Positions 25,766 to 42,300 of a DNA stretch of 64,000 nucleotides are shown here, piece by piece. The translations under genes and the position numbers were made by a program. How positions within the stretch are numbered: the first letter of the stretch is position 1; each line of letters starts with the position of its first letter. The stretch is from the human T2T-CHM13v2.0 reference genome, Homo sapiens: the NCBI RefSeq assembly GCF_009914755.1, contig NC_060935.1; one strand, given 5' to 3'. The notes beneath the pieces are model-generated. The model was not told the origin of the DNA. It worked only from the letters and a program-made list of their open reading frames with translations, and searched no databases.

Positions 25766-26591
25766 GCAACAGACCTGGGTCCCTGGCCTGTGGGACGACC
25801 ACCGCGCCAGTCTAAGACACAGGTCATCTTACTAAGAGAAGCACCTCAACTCCTCGGTGCCCTGGAGACTCCAGGAGCATGGCCTCTCTGCAGTAAATCT
25901 GGGGGTGGGGGTGGACTGCCACCCCAGGGCCTAGAAAAGGGCCCATGGGATCTGAGAAGAGTGGCCCAACACAGATGGAGGCCCAGGGGGATAGGAGGCC
26001 TCTGGACACCAGGACTATCTAGGCCCCGGCTCCTGCCGTGGACAGGAAGGGCTGGCAGGGAAGCTACTGAATGAGTCACCCAGTCCCTTGGTTGCCTTTT
26101 CTGTGATATGGAGGAGGGCTGGCATCCCCCTTTTGGGTTGGCTGTGAACACAGTACTCAATGAGGTAATTAATGAAAACTTTCTAGCCAGGTCCTGGCAC
26201 CTGGCACGGCCTCGATACATAGCATAAACACACAGCCCCTGCTCACAAGTACTGCGTCCCTGCGGGCACTGGTTCATATGGAAACTCTCTGTGGCTCATG
26301 GAGCTCCTAGAAGCACCCAGACAGCTACTTTCTTCACACCTTTCCTGGCTGGCCGAGTGACTCCTGAGTCTCCCCTGACCCTAACAACAGATGTGGGGCC
26401 CTGACTCCCTCCCTTAGGGCAAGTCACTTGACCTCTCTGTGCCTCCGGGTCTCAATTTCTTCAACTGAAAATGAGAATAGCAACAGTGCCTGCTATATAC
26501 ATCTATATGTGCATGTGCACATGCACGCACAAACACGCAATCTTTGTTCAACTTCATTGAGATATAATTTGTACACAACCAAATGCACTCA

Positions 26592-28108
<1,517 letters not shown>

Positions 28109-28342
28109 TGATGAGTTTTAACAAATGTGTATACCCACAAAACCACATCTCATTTCCTCATCCCAAAAAGTCTCCTGTGCCAATTTGCAGTCCATCTTCC
28201 AACCCCAGCCCTGGGCTACCATAGCCTACTTTTGTTCACTATAGATTAGATTTGCCTTTTCTGGAAGTTCATATAAATGGAATCACACAGTTTGTACTCT
28301 GTCTTGCATCTGTCATTATATTTTTTTATCATTTAATCCTCC

Positions 28343-28384
28343 TGTATTAGAGTTCTCTAAAGAAACAGAGCCAGAACAAACAGG

Positions 28385-28432
<48 letters not shown>

Positions 28433-28776
28433 CAGAAGGAGATTTATTTTAAGAAATGGGCTCACACAAGTCCAAAATCTGTAGGGTGGGCTGGCAGGCT
28501 AGACAGGGAAGAGTCGATATTATAGCTCAAGTTCAAAGGCAGTCTGCTAGCCAAATTCCTTCTTCCTTGGGGGAGATCAGTCATTTTTTCTATTAAGGCC
28601 TTCAATTTATTGGATGCAGCCCACTCACATTATGAAGGAGTTTTCCTCAAAGCCTACTGATTTGGATGTTAATCTCACCTTAAAAAATACCTTTACAGCA
28701 GCATCCAGGCTAGTGTTTGACCAAATATCTGGGTACCGTGGCCTAGCCAAGTTGAAATGTAAAATTAACCATCACA
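28343..28776 (-). mobile_element. MLT2 (ERVL) solo LTR inserted in a MIR
   Basis: TGTATTAG...AAAATTAACCATCACA; near TSD CCTCC/CCTCT; MIR continues 28780-28900. Confidence 0.85.
28387..28430. repeat. (GT)22 perfect microsatellite
   Basis: Direct observation. Confidence 0.97.
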
Positions 28777-30032
28777 CCTCTCATCAGCCCCATGAGGTGA
28801 ACATTATTATTCCTATGTTGCAGATGAGGAAGCTGAGGCTCAGAGAGGGTAAGTGATGGATCCGGTACTCATAAGCGGCAGAGTTGAGACTGAAACCAGT
28901 GCTGTTTCAATATCCTCATGGTCACCTCTCCCTGGTTCTCATCCATTTGTAGATCAAGAAGGATTTGTGATGTCCATCTATGACTGTACCTCGTTAGACC
29001 TAAAGACCCTCCTGGGGTTCACATCCTGGGCTTCCTTCTTCCCTTGTCTTGGGACATAAGGGAGGAGGTTACATGGCCCAGTGCCCCTCAGCCCCAAAGC
29101 CCCCACCACCTGGTCCACTTGTTGTTTGTTTGTTTCAGCCCCACAGAGGTTGAGCTGGAAACTTTAAGGCCTCCAGGTTCTGAGGCTCACCAGATATTAA
29201 AAATGAAGACGATAGCAAAGCCGGGTTAGTACTTGCATGGATGATCTTAGCCTACACACCTTGTTTCTCCTTTCAAATTAATGGGTGCCCATCCAACAAT
29301 TAAAGAAGGGAGCCCTTCCTGCATGTGGAGACAACCCAGGTTGACGAGTGGAGGCACACTTGTGCAGACTGGAGAAAGGCAAAGCCACGGTACAGAGCCT
29401 TGTGGCCTACATTAAGTGTTTGCTTGTAACTACCTGAGGCTTTCACCACCGCCTATGCACAATCCAGTGGCTGATATGAAACCTCATTTGGAAATAACTC
29501 TGAAAGTCTAAATGCCATGCCCACCATGAGCATGAGAGCTGTCTCTGGGACAAAGGGAGAATGAGGAGGTGGAAAAGGGAGCTCCAGCTTTCAGACTTTT
29601 TGGAAGGATTCCCCCGTGAGCTCCAGCCTTGTCTTGCAGGGATCAGCAGCTCAAGTCTTGTGGTTATAGGGTCAGTTCAGCTTTCAAGGCAGTGCCATTT
29701 TGTGTTCAAAGTCTGAGACTGTTCACTCTGGGCAGGGCATGCAGCTGTGACTGAAGCCCTAAAATCTCCCCACAAGCCTCTTCCCAGGCTTGCCATTTCC
29801 CCATCAGCAAGCCTTTGGCATGAGGTCTCTGGGGGACCTGATAATAGAGAGGAATAAGCTGGGATCCACAATGGACCCCAGAAGTCCTTGAAATTTTGGG
29901 TAGAATTCGCTCACTGAAAAAGCTTTGGGTCCTGAGCCAGGGTGAGGGATCCTCCCAGGGACCCGGATATAGCCTCTGTAGGCCCTGCTTTCTTCTTTCA
30001 CCTTCCACTTCTCCCGCTATCGTCGAGTCTAA

Positions 30033-30103
30033 CTGCTCTCCTCTCTCCTGACCCTACCACAGGCATATCTGCTGACTCTCTCCTGACCCTACCACAGGCA
30101 TAT
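30033..30103. repeat. ~35-bp tandem duplication
   Basis: CTCTCTCCTGACCCTACCACAGGCATAT at 30041-30068 and 30076-30103. Confidence 0.92.
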
Positions 30104-30135
30104 TTGGCCAACTTGAGCCACACAGAGATATGCCC

Positions 30136-30290
30136 TTCATTCATTCATTCATTCATTCATTCATTCATTTAACAAACATTTATTGAATGCCAACTGTATA
30201 CCTAGCACTGTGCTGGGCCCTGGAGCCTCACCTGCAACAATGAACAGAGAAGATGTCTCTATCCTCACAGAGCTTTTGGTCTAATGATAA
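30136..30290 (-). mobile_element. L2 3' end with (TTCA)n tail
   Basis: (TTCA)n then TTTAACAAACATTTATTGAATGCC...GCACTGTGCTGGG. Confidence 0.85.
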
Positions 30291-30318
30291 AGACCTTACA
30301 ATCATAAACAACCCAATT

Positions 30319-30491
30319 TATTTTTATTTATTTCTTTATTTCTTTAGACAGTGTCTCATTCTGCTGCCCAGGCTGGAATGCAGTGGCATGATCATGGTTC
30401 ACTGCAGCCTTGACCTCCTGGGCTCAAGCTATCCTCCCTTCTTGGCATCCCAGTGTGCTGGTATTATAGGCGTGAGCCACTGGGCCCAGCC
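30319..30491 (-). mobile_element. Monomeric Alu (arm-recombined AluJ or FRAM)
   Basis: ~150-bp monomer plus T-rich tail; TSD CCAATT at 30313-18 and 30492-97. Confidence 0.85.
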
Positions 30492-31271
30492 CCAATTGCA
30501 AAAATAATAATGGGTAAAGCATTTGAACCCGTATTTCACCAAGCAAACATATGGATGGCAAACAGAAAAATGCAAAGATACTCACCATCAGTAATCATCA
30601 GGGAAATACACATTAAAACCACAGTGAGTTAATGCAGCACATCCGTTGTAACAGCTGCAATTAAAAAGACTGAACATGCCAAGCGTTGGCAAGGAAGTGG
30701 CTGAAGTGGGACTCTCATACATTGCTGGAGGGAGTGTAAAATGGTACAACCACTTTGGAAAACTGTTTATCAGTTTTTTAAAACATCAACATACAGCAAC
30801 CACATATGACCCAGCCATTCTACTCTTAAGTTATTTACTCAAGAAAAATCAGAACATATAACCATACAAAGATTTATATACAGATAATTATTGCAGCTTT
30901 ATTTGCAATCACCAAAAGCTGGACTCACCCCAAATATCCATCAATAGTGAATAGTTAAAAAAATTTTGCTTTATCCAGAGAATGAAATACTACTCTGCAA
31001 TGAAAAGGAACTACTGACACACACAACAGTATGAATGAATCTCAAAATAATTATGTTGAGTGAAAGAAGCCAAAAAGTGTATACATCATAGAATATTTTT
31101 GTATAAAATTCTACAAAATGCCAATCAGAAATTAGATCAGTTGACTAGATCTAGGGTGGAGAGGGTTGGCGGGAGGAAGGGAGGGATTACAAGGAGTCAT
31201 GAGCTAACCTTTTAGGGAAGATAAATATGTTCATTATCTTGACTGTGGTGATGTTTTAATGAGTGAGTATA

Positions 31272-31316
31272 TTTGATTGGTGCAAAAGTAATTGTGGTTT
31301 TTGCCATTTCTTTTAA
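31272..31316 (+). mobile_element. Hsmar1/MADE1 solo terminal inverted repeat
   Basis: TTTGATTGGTGCAAAAGTAATTGTGGTTTTTGCCATTTCTTTTAA, flanked by TA; second arm absent. Confidence 0.85.
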
Positions 31317-32047
31317 TATATGTCAAAACTTATCACATTTTAAACCCTAAATATGTACAGGTCAATAATGCTATTTTTGAAATTACAACTGCACAATGAA
31401 TTGTTTAATTACAGGTGAGACTAAAGAGCTACAAAGTGAGTGTTCTGGACACTGTGAGAATCTACAACTGGAGAAGCCAACATTGCCTGTGGACTGAGAG
31501 CCACATCCCAGAAAGTGATGTTCAAGTTGAGATGGGAAAGATGGGTTGGAAATGGGGGGGCAGGGGGATGAGGGAGGAGGATACTGGGGGAGAAAAGAAA
31601 AATCCTGGCCGAGGAAACTAAGTATGTCAGGCTTCTGAGGAGTGGGGAGGCAGCATGGTGGACCAGAGGGGCTTCGAGAAGCCCGAGAGGACAGAGGGAA
31701 TGCTTGACACATCAAGCCTTTGTTTTCTCTCATCCAGATGTCCAGTGGTCTCAGGCAAAGGCCCAGGCAATGGAAGCTTCCCATGGGGCCCTCTACCTCT
31801 TCACTGCTCCAGGTGGGCCCAGGCTCATCAGACCACAGGCCCCCCATCGCCTTCTCAGGGGCTCCCCCATGCTAGCCGGGAAATCAAGGTCAACACAGGC
31901 TCCACACTCCCCTGAGTCCTGCACCTACCCCAGGCTTGCTGAGGGCCTCCAGAGGACAGCTTCTGTCCCTCCTACCACAGGTTGGATCTACAGCCTGACC
32001 TGGCCATTCCTCCAGTGTTTGGAGAATCATTGCCTAGCCTTCATTCA

Positions 32048-32200
32048 GGAGCCAGATTGCCTGGGCTAGAATCCCAGCTCCACCATTCACCAGCTGTGTA
32101 AACTCCCTGGGCCTCAGTTTTCTCACCTGTAAAATGGGATTCATTGGACTGTTATGGATTAAATGAGTTGACGTTTATAAAGAACTTAGAAGAACACCTT
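32048..32200 (+). mobile_element. MIR SINE
   Basis: GGAGCCAGATTGCCTGGG...GGGCCTCAGTTTTCTCACCTGTAAAATGGG. Confidence 0.8.
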
Positions 32201-33109
32201 ATTTATTTGTTATGTATAAAATGAAATTCCATCCTGCCTAATAAATATCGGGAACAGCTCTGGGTGGAGAGGTGATGTGCCAGGGAGGGGTCATCTCAAG
32301 TCTAAGAGATAGAGGGTGACCCATCTGGTAGCAGACAGCAGCGGAAGCTGCTTGCCTGGCCTCTCTGGGTTTGAGGGCAGGGATGTCTCTTCTAGCTTGA
32401 ACACAGCCTACACTCCAGTTCTGTGACTTCAGGTGGGTTTGGCATCAAAAGCCTTCAGGGCTCCTCTTATGTGATCATGAGTTTCCTGTTGAGATCCTTC
32501 TGGCTGGAACAAGCTTCTTGATCCCCCAGAAGTGCCCAGTACTTTTGTCACCTGTGTCTGTGCCTTTGCTTGGGGATGCTGGGACTACAGAGCAATAGAT
32601 TTTCTCTCTGTCTCACCTTCTGTTTTCTTCTTTGTTCTTCTCCATCTCAAAAAGGAAGGAGCAAAATGCCTCTGCTCAGGGGTAGATTTTTCTGTCCAAG
32701 CTGAATCAGGTTACCTCCCAATTATTTGTTAATGGGAAACAGCCAGTCCTTCCATCTGGGGGACACACAATTGTGTAATATATGCCATCCCAGTTGATCC
32801 TCAATAACCTGTACAGCAGGCAGAGCTTGGCCTATGCCACAGATGCAGAAACTGAGGCTCAAAGGGCCAAGAGAACTTGTGCTCGGCCAGAAAACCTGTT
32901 GTAAAGAATCACCATCAATTCTATGACCTGTTACATGTGCACAGTCTTTGTAATTTACAAAGCATCTTCACAGCCAGTTTCCTAAGGGAGCATCACAAAA
33001 CCCCTGCAGAGTAAAACAGGGCAGCTATTATTATTCGTGATTTACAGATGGGAAAACAAGGGCTTGGAAGATCAGAGATATTCACGTTGTTCCATGGCTA
33101 ACGTTGTTC

Positions 33110-33400
33110 CATGGTTCAGTTAAATTCAGCAAGCATTTATTGAGCACCTACTGTATGTCAGCCCCTGTCCTAGGTCCTGGGGAACTAAAGAGAATGAGAA
33201 ATGGCCCCCCGCTCTTGAGGAGCTAATTTTTGAGACAATGTGATAGATGCCTTCAGGATGGGTGATCACAGGGCTCTGAGGCAGCTCACAGAGAAGCAGG
33301 TATTAGGGAGGCTTCTTGGAAAAGCTGACATCTGAGCTGAGTCTTAAAGGATGAATAGGAATTGACCAGGTAAGTAAAGGTGAGACAGACATTTGGAGCT
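33110..33400 (-). mobile_element. L2 3' fragment
   Basis: ATTCAGCAAGCATTTATTGAGCACCTACTGTATG...GAGCTGAGTCTTAAAGGATGAATAGGA. Confidence 0.8.
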
Positions 33401-33547
33401 AAGAGACAGGGCTAGGGCTAAGCACAGAGTACGGGTCCAGGTCGTGTGTGCAAAAGCCACAGGTAGTTGGTTCTTACAGAATAGACACTTTGAAGCCACA
33501 TCTCCTGCTACGGCTTGATCCACTGTAACAAGCAGGAGAATGACCTC

Positions 33548-33564
33548 TATGTATGTGCATGCAC

Positions 33565-33604
<40 letters not shown>

Positions 33605-33651
33605 AAGAGAGAGTATGTGTGTGTGTGCGCGCGCGCGTGTGTGTGTGTGCA
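33548..33651. repeat. Compound (TG)n-(GA)n-(TG)n(CG)n(TG)n microsatellite
   Basis: Direct observation. Confidence 0.95.
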
Positions 33652-33699
33652 GGCAGGCAGTGGTGGCAGCATCATACATTTAGCAGATCTTGGTAGTCA

Positions 33700-33930
33700 G
33701 AATATGGTCTATAAAATTTGAAGACCTGGATTTAAATCCTCCATTACTTTTAGCTATTGGACCTTGGGAACATGACAAAATGTCCCTGTGCCTCAGCTTT
33801 TCCACCTATAAGTGGGGATGATGAAAGAGCCCACTTCATGGCATCGCTGGGAGGACTATATTAGGTAATATCTCCTTCTAACAGTGTGTGGCAGGCACAA
33901 AGAGAGCTCTCAATGAACATTGCCTGTTAT
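33700..33930 (+). mobile_element. MIR SINE
   Basis: GAAGACCTGGATTTAAATCC...CTGTGCCTCAGCTTTTCCACCTATAAGTGGGGATG. Confidence 0.7.
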
Positions 33931-36029
33931 AATTTATTTAATGCAGACAGCACTCTCCAAACCCATTCCTCCAGGGAATTTTTGAGAATCACCACAAATC
34001 CACTGGGCTTGCGGTGCTGTCCATCATATTTGTTCTACAAATAAACCAACAGCAAGGTATAACCTCAGACTGGAAAGTGACCTTGAAGGGAGAGGGCACA
34101 GAGAGGTGAGAAAGAGCAAAGGCTCAGAGGGAGGAAAGTACATTCTGCACATAGGAATAGCAAGTCTAGAGGTCTTTATTTAGGGAACATAAAGTCCTTC
34201 ATTTAAGGGTTATGATGTGAAAGGGGACCAGGTTACTGCATTTGACTCTGGCTCCAGAAGGCAGAGAAGGATGAAACGGGCTAATGGACAGAAGTTTCAG
34301 CATCAGTCAGAGCAATAGAATGGGCTGCCTTAAAGGTGGTGAACTCCCCATCACTTGTAATTCCTGTCATTGGGGGTTTCAATCTATCTTACCCTGCACT
34401 GGGTGGCTGTGATCACCTCTGAAGTTCTGATGAGCCACTGAGGTATGTGATGTGGTAGAATCAGAAATTCACAAGATGGGGAGAGGGGGAGGAGGAAAAA
34501 CACATGAGTACGAGGAGATGAGGCTTTAGAAAGAGGTATGGGACTCCCTGCAGTTGGGCCAGTAAGTTTCATCCCTTTGGATTAGGAATTGTCCATTACA
34601 GAAATGTAAAGAATGACTGATAGTTGTATCAGTCATTTTCACTTTAGTATAAATTAGACACACAGATCATTTTCTCCCTAACAGCTGCCTGATGATAGAG
34701 GAGGACACACAATACCAAATGAGGAGAGAGAAGGACATGGAAAGTAAAGTGGGAAGGGCTCAGAGACAAACTTCATTCATCTCAATTTTGCCAGGGAGTA
34801 TCCCTGACTGCAACTGAAAGGCAAGAAAAAGAATACTCACTCAGTGGCAAACTTTTGCCATTATTTATTCATTTTAGCACCCAACTATTAGGCATCGGCT
34901 ATATACCATGTTGTGTGCAGGGCACTGGGGATGCTAGATGCAACCAGACATAGGTCTGGCCCTCTGGGGTGCCCAAGCTAGTGGAAGATGGGCTTGGAAA
35001 CCGTGATCATAAGCCAGAGTGACCAGTGCCGTGATAGAAGGATCTGCTCAAGCAGTGGTTGACCTCTCCCATAAGCCACACCTCAGACCTTTTTCTGAGA
35101 GCCACCCCCACCCCAAAACTAACAGATCAACATGACACGAAAAGAGAGCAAAAGAGAGGCCCAAAGCATTTGAGTTACCTGTTCGGGAAGCTGCAGAGCC
35201 AGGACTCCAGAGCATCCCCTGACTCCAGAACGGGGCACCTTCTCCCAAACACAAGCACCTTCCTTGGGGCGGGTTTCTGGAACATCCCCCAGCCCACACT
35301 GGCCTCCCTCTCAGTGGACCAGCTCGCCAGCTGCCCTCCTCTCTCATCTGCTCCCTTTCCAGGGCAAGGAAGACAGACAATGACTGTCGCAATAAGGGCC
35401 TGTCTGGAGCTTTGGGCGGGTGGATAATTAGACTCTGAGAGAAGCCATCTGCTTTGGGCCCCTTGGGTCTCGGGCAGGCTGGGGCAGCGCAGCTCCTGAC
35501 CACGCAGTCAGCTCTCACCATGGAGCCCCTACGTGCAAAGGGTTTTAATGTCTTTGGCCATAAGGAGGCCTGGCTGCCTCCCCAGCAGCAGGGCCTTAAG
35601 TGAGGAGCTAGGGCTCAGTCCGGTGTTTATTTCCTTGTCAGGTTGTTCTACTTCTTGGGGCCCTGGGGTAGAGCTGCACGGATTGGGCCAGGTGGGGTGG
35701 GGAGGGGTAGGCAAAATTTACTAGGCACAACTGTGGCACTGCAGAGTTGGGAGAGACCCACGCCAGCACCACGTGGGCCCTTCCTCTTTCCAGAAGGGAC
35801 AGCTGAGGCCCAGAAAAAGGAAGGGACTGGGCCAAGGTCCTACAGTCCTTGTAAAGACACCATCTTTAAAGGTTGATGTCATCCCTTGCTGGGGACAGGA
35901 GGGATAGACTGCAGTGGGCAGGCTGAGCAGCCAAGCCCTCGGCTCATAAGGAAAAGCTACCATGTGTTGACTTCTACCCGGCCACATATAGAATTTTACC
36001 CTTGACCTTGTTTCACCTTGGCAACCTCT

Positions 36030-36445
36030 ACAGTTGTTATTATTATCTTCAGTGTACAGATGAGACTAGAACACAGAGTAGTTAAGTAACTTGCCCAAGC
36101 CCACACAGCTGTCAAATGGAGTGAGGCTTTACACTCAGGTCTGTCTGAATTCACAGCCCCATTTTTCCCCATGCAAGAGGCAGTGCAGAGTAATGGTACT
36201 CACACAGGTGCCTGGCCTGGACTGCTGTCTGGGTTCAAACCCCAGCTCTGTCATGTACAGGCTATATGAACTTGGGAAAATTGTTTTTCTGAGTCTTCCC
36301 TCTCCTCTTTTTTAAAATGGGGATTGTAGTACCCAATTCATGGTGTCGTTGTGAAGATTCAATGAGTTGAACTGTCTAAAAGGCTTGGAGCTGTGCCCAG
36401 AACAGGGTAAGCCCTTGGTAAATGTTGACTGCTGTTATTACTACC
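36030..36445. mobile_element. Two MIRs head-to-head (- then +)
   Basis: ACAGATGAG...TTAAGTAACTTGCCCAAGCCCACACAGCT (-); CTGGGTTCAAACCCCAGCTCTG...AAAATGGGGAT...AAATGTTGACTGCTGTTATT (+). Confidence 0.75.
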
Positions 36446-36449
36446 GTCT

Positions 36450-37020
36450 GTTTTCAGCACAATAGCCAGGGGAATCCTTTGAAAACATAAGTCTGGTCAC
36501 TTCACTCCACTGTTTCAAACCCCCCAATGGCTTCCCCTCCACCAGAACAAAGGCTCAAGTTCTAACCTGGCCTCTGTCACCTCCCTAGTGTTACCTTCCC
36601 AACTACCTACAGCCAAGACAACCCAGGCAGGCTCCTGTCACAGGGCCTTTGCACCTGCTCTTCCCTCTGCCTGAAAGGCTACTTCCCCAGATGTTAACAT
36701 GGCTCCACCCCCCAGCACCTGTTCCAATGTCACCTCCCTGAGACCTACTCTGACACATTCTTCAAAATTGTCACCACCACCCGCTTCCCTGCTTGATTTT
36801 CTGTCTAGCACTCATTGCCAGTAGACACACTGGATAGTCTGCTTATTTAGTTAATTATTATTATAGTGATGGTTTGTCATTTTCTCCTCTCACTAGGAAA
36901 TAGCCCATGAAGGCAGGGGTGTCTGTCCTGCTCTCTGCTATGACCCCAGCGCTGGAACATTGCCTGGCACAAAGTAGGACCCCAGGAAACATGAGTTGAA
37001 GAAATGCATGAATGAGTGAC
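36450..37020 (+). mobile_element. L2 3' fragment
   Basis: CAGGGCCTTTGCACCTGCTCTTCCCTCTGCCTG...TGCCTGGCACAAAGTAGG...ATGAATGAGTG. Confidence 0.8.
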
Positions 37021-37800
37021 TCTATTCATCTACTCCTACAAGTGAAGCCCCATATCCAATGCCCAGCACATGTCGGGCATCCAAGAAATGCTTGTCAAAA
37101 ACAGGCCAACAGGAGGAGGGAGGGGCATTTACCAAACACAGACCAGGCACTAGAAAAAAAGCCAATCCAGACTTCACTAATTCATGCGCCCACAGACTCG
37201 TGCTGGGACATACCCCTGTGCCAGGCTCTGTTTTAGGTCCCAAGGATGTTATACTCTGGAGCAGGGAGGGGTAGGGTGGGGCTCATGATCCCTGCCCTCA
37301 TGGACTTCAGATCTTGTGAGCAAGAGGGACACTGCCCAGCTCTGCGTGTTACACATCGATAACACTCCCATCTCACATACAAGGAAACTGAAGTGTCTTG
37401 GCTGCTAAGCAGTAGAGCCAGGTCTAGAACCAGCTGGGTCTAAGTTCCTAAGCTCCCCCTCCTACCCCGCATGAGAGTTCCTGCTGTGGGTGCTGACAGG
37501 AGGGTGAGGCCTGCATCAGGGAGATGGCACAGGCCAAGGTGCCAAGGTAGAACATGGAAAGTCATTTTAAGATGGAGCAGAAGGAAGTGAAGGCAGAGGG
37601 AGGAAGGAGACCAATGGCAGAGCCTGCAGGTGACGGCTCCAGCTTTCTCCTGCAGGCACTGGGAAGCCAGCAAATGTTTGTGAGTGCAGGAAGCCTCAAA
37701 GAGCAGCCTGAGGCTTGTGTAGGAAAAACAGGAAGAAGCAGAACCCTGTGGGAAGGAGGAGGCCTGGCCCCAGGTCATCACATGGTTTAGGAAAGAGGTA

Positions 37801-38985
<1,185 letters not shown>

Positions 38986-39224
38986 GAAAACAGGTAGTAA
39001 GTGTGGGGTGGAGAAGGCTACAAGAAGAGGCAGGTGCAGAGGCCTTGGAGAGGAAAGAGTGAGGGGATGGGTGGCAAATGGAGCCTGGAAGGGTGAGGCC
39101 TATGGCTTCAAATGGTGTCCTTAAGGTAATGCCTCAGAAAAAAGCAGAAATCACAAATTGTTTTTCCCCAGTCATTGAAACTGTCCTGGGCCAAGGACAG
39201 TGGGATTGAGACTGACATTTGTGA

Positions 39225-40595
<1,371 letters not shown>

Positions 40596-41469
40596 CTGAA
40601 GGTATTATTATCACCATTTTTCATACAAGGACACTGAAGCTCAAATAGGTCAGGTGACTTGTCCTGTGACACTGGGTCACAGCCAAATGCGGGACGTCAA
40701 TGAACCATAACACAAATCATGGTCTGTATAAATCACTGAATAGCCCATGAGTCCCTTGGTAGGCCCTGCTTTCAAAAGGCATCTTCCTGTGGACCTATCT
40801 GCTGTTACATGCTTGATATTCCAGCATGAGCACATCTTTCCATTGAGTTAAGTATTGCTTCTCTTTGTCCACTGCAGGATGAATCCTGACATGTTCATTC
40901 CCAAAGACCTTTCTGAAAATAATCTCCAGCCAGCAAGCCTGGAGCCTGAGAAGGGACGGCAAATGGGAGACAAAAGAGGTGGGAAGAGGGCCTGGGAAAG
41001 AGGCAAAGATGGTCCTGGTCGCTGCCACGTGCGCCCAGGCCAGTCCTATGCTGGCGTGTGTTCAATGCTCTTCAATTCACATTCACGGGGTGTCCGCCCT
41101 GGGCCAGTCCCTGTGCTGAGCACGTGAAGGGAGGCAGGGCAAATCAGACCTGGTCCTTGCTCTTAGCTGATAGCCCACTGGGGCAGGTGGCTTCACCATC
41201 ACACACCAGAGAGGTGCTATATAGCAGGGACACTGAGTATCCCAGAAGCCAGAGCAGGGAGGGCAAAATTCCTGCTAGGGAGATGGGAAATTCTTCCCGG
41301 ATGAGGTGGCACTGAATGAAGCCTTGGAGGATACTTAAGATTCTACAGGAGGAAGGGCTTTCCAGGAAGAGGGTTCTGCATGAGCAAAGGTGTGTGAGTT
41401 GGGGTGGGAAGAGGAGTTCGAAGTGGACCTTTGGGCACTTCCCTTCGCCTAGAGATTGAAGACCTAGAT

Positions 41470-41841
41470 CAGAGCTTGCAAAATTGAAATGCCAACAGGG
41501 AAAACACTTCTAATTATTCACAAGGCAATCCTGTGGCTTGAGCACACGAGTGACCTGCCCTCTGAAAGGCCAACAGATGAGTGAACCAGGCCAGATAGGA
41601 GATGTAATGACCTGGGGCACCCGCATCTTGTCTAAATGGTCGGCCACTATTCCACCAGAGCCAGTTGTTACTCTGTGGGAATGCAGGCCCAATATGTAAT
41701 TTTTGATTTTTCAAAAGAAACTAGAAAATCCAAATATTTATGTGAAATATCCAGATCTTGCAGTGCCATAAATGCATTTCAATTGTTTTTAACTCATCTG
41801 TGGGTCAGCCTTTGTCCAAGGGCCTCCAGTGTGCAACCTGA
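41470..41841. mobile_element. MER103-like hAT-Charlie element
   Basis: CAGAGCTTGCAAAATTG...GGGAATGCAGGCCCAAT...TTTTCAAAAGAAACTAGAAAATC...CCAGTGTGCAACCTG. Confidence 0.65.
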
Positions 41842-41889
41842 GGCCTATGTGCCTCGGCCAGATTAAAGCCCTGCTCTCCAAACCCTCTC

Positions 41890-42300
41890 TTGGCCTTTGA
41901 AAAAGGGCGCGTCCCAAGGCTGCCCCTCCGGCCCGAATCTTCCTCCTGCTCAAACGGGATTGGCTGGCGGCGAGGGCAAATCAGAACACAGGAGCTAGGA
42001 GGGGGCGGGACCTCATGACAAAGCAGAGGGCAGGTGAGCGAGCAGTCATCCAACCCCATCAGCAGCCCGTGTATGGGATTGACGGATTTTAATTACATGT
42101 CATTCTAATCCTTAACATTTATCTAAAAAGTGACGGGGGCGGGCATGAGGGCGGGTCACGAACATGCTCAGCCCCAGGATTGCCCTGTGTCTAATTAGAA
42201 GTTTTCTCCCTCTTGATCACCTAAAGTCAAATTCATTTACTCTGCTCGAATTGAGGGTTTAATTGGATTCTTGTTTTTCCTCCTCCTGCCCTCTCCCCCA
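41890..42300. promoter_or_regulatory. CpG-enriched candidate promoter/enhancer
   Basis: 15 CpG in 41881-42180; reverse CCAAT box at 41959; GC boxes at 42001, 42135, 42147; homeodomain motifs TAATTA, TAATCC, CTAATTAG. Confidence 0.5.

Larger units (their letters stand above)
30300..31385 (+). mobile_element. Old L1M 3' region
   Basis: AACAACCCAATT|AAAA..ATGGGTAAAG; GGGAGTGTAAAATGGTACAACCACTTTGGAAAAC; TGAGTGAAAGAAGCC. Confidence 0.8.

Noticed and set aside
33084-33114. Short direct repeats (14-bp ACGTTGTTCCATGG x2; also GGAACCTAGCT x2 at 61448/61468) as a repeat-spacer array
   Set aside because: Only two copies each; ordinary slippage duplications, not CRISPR-like
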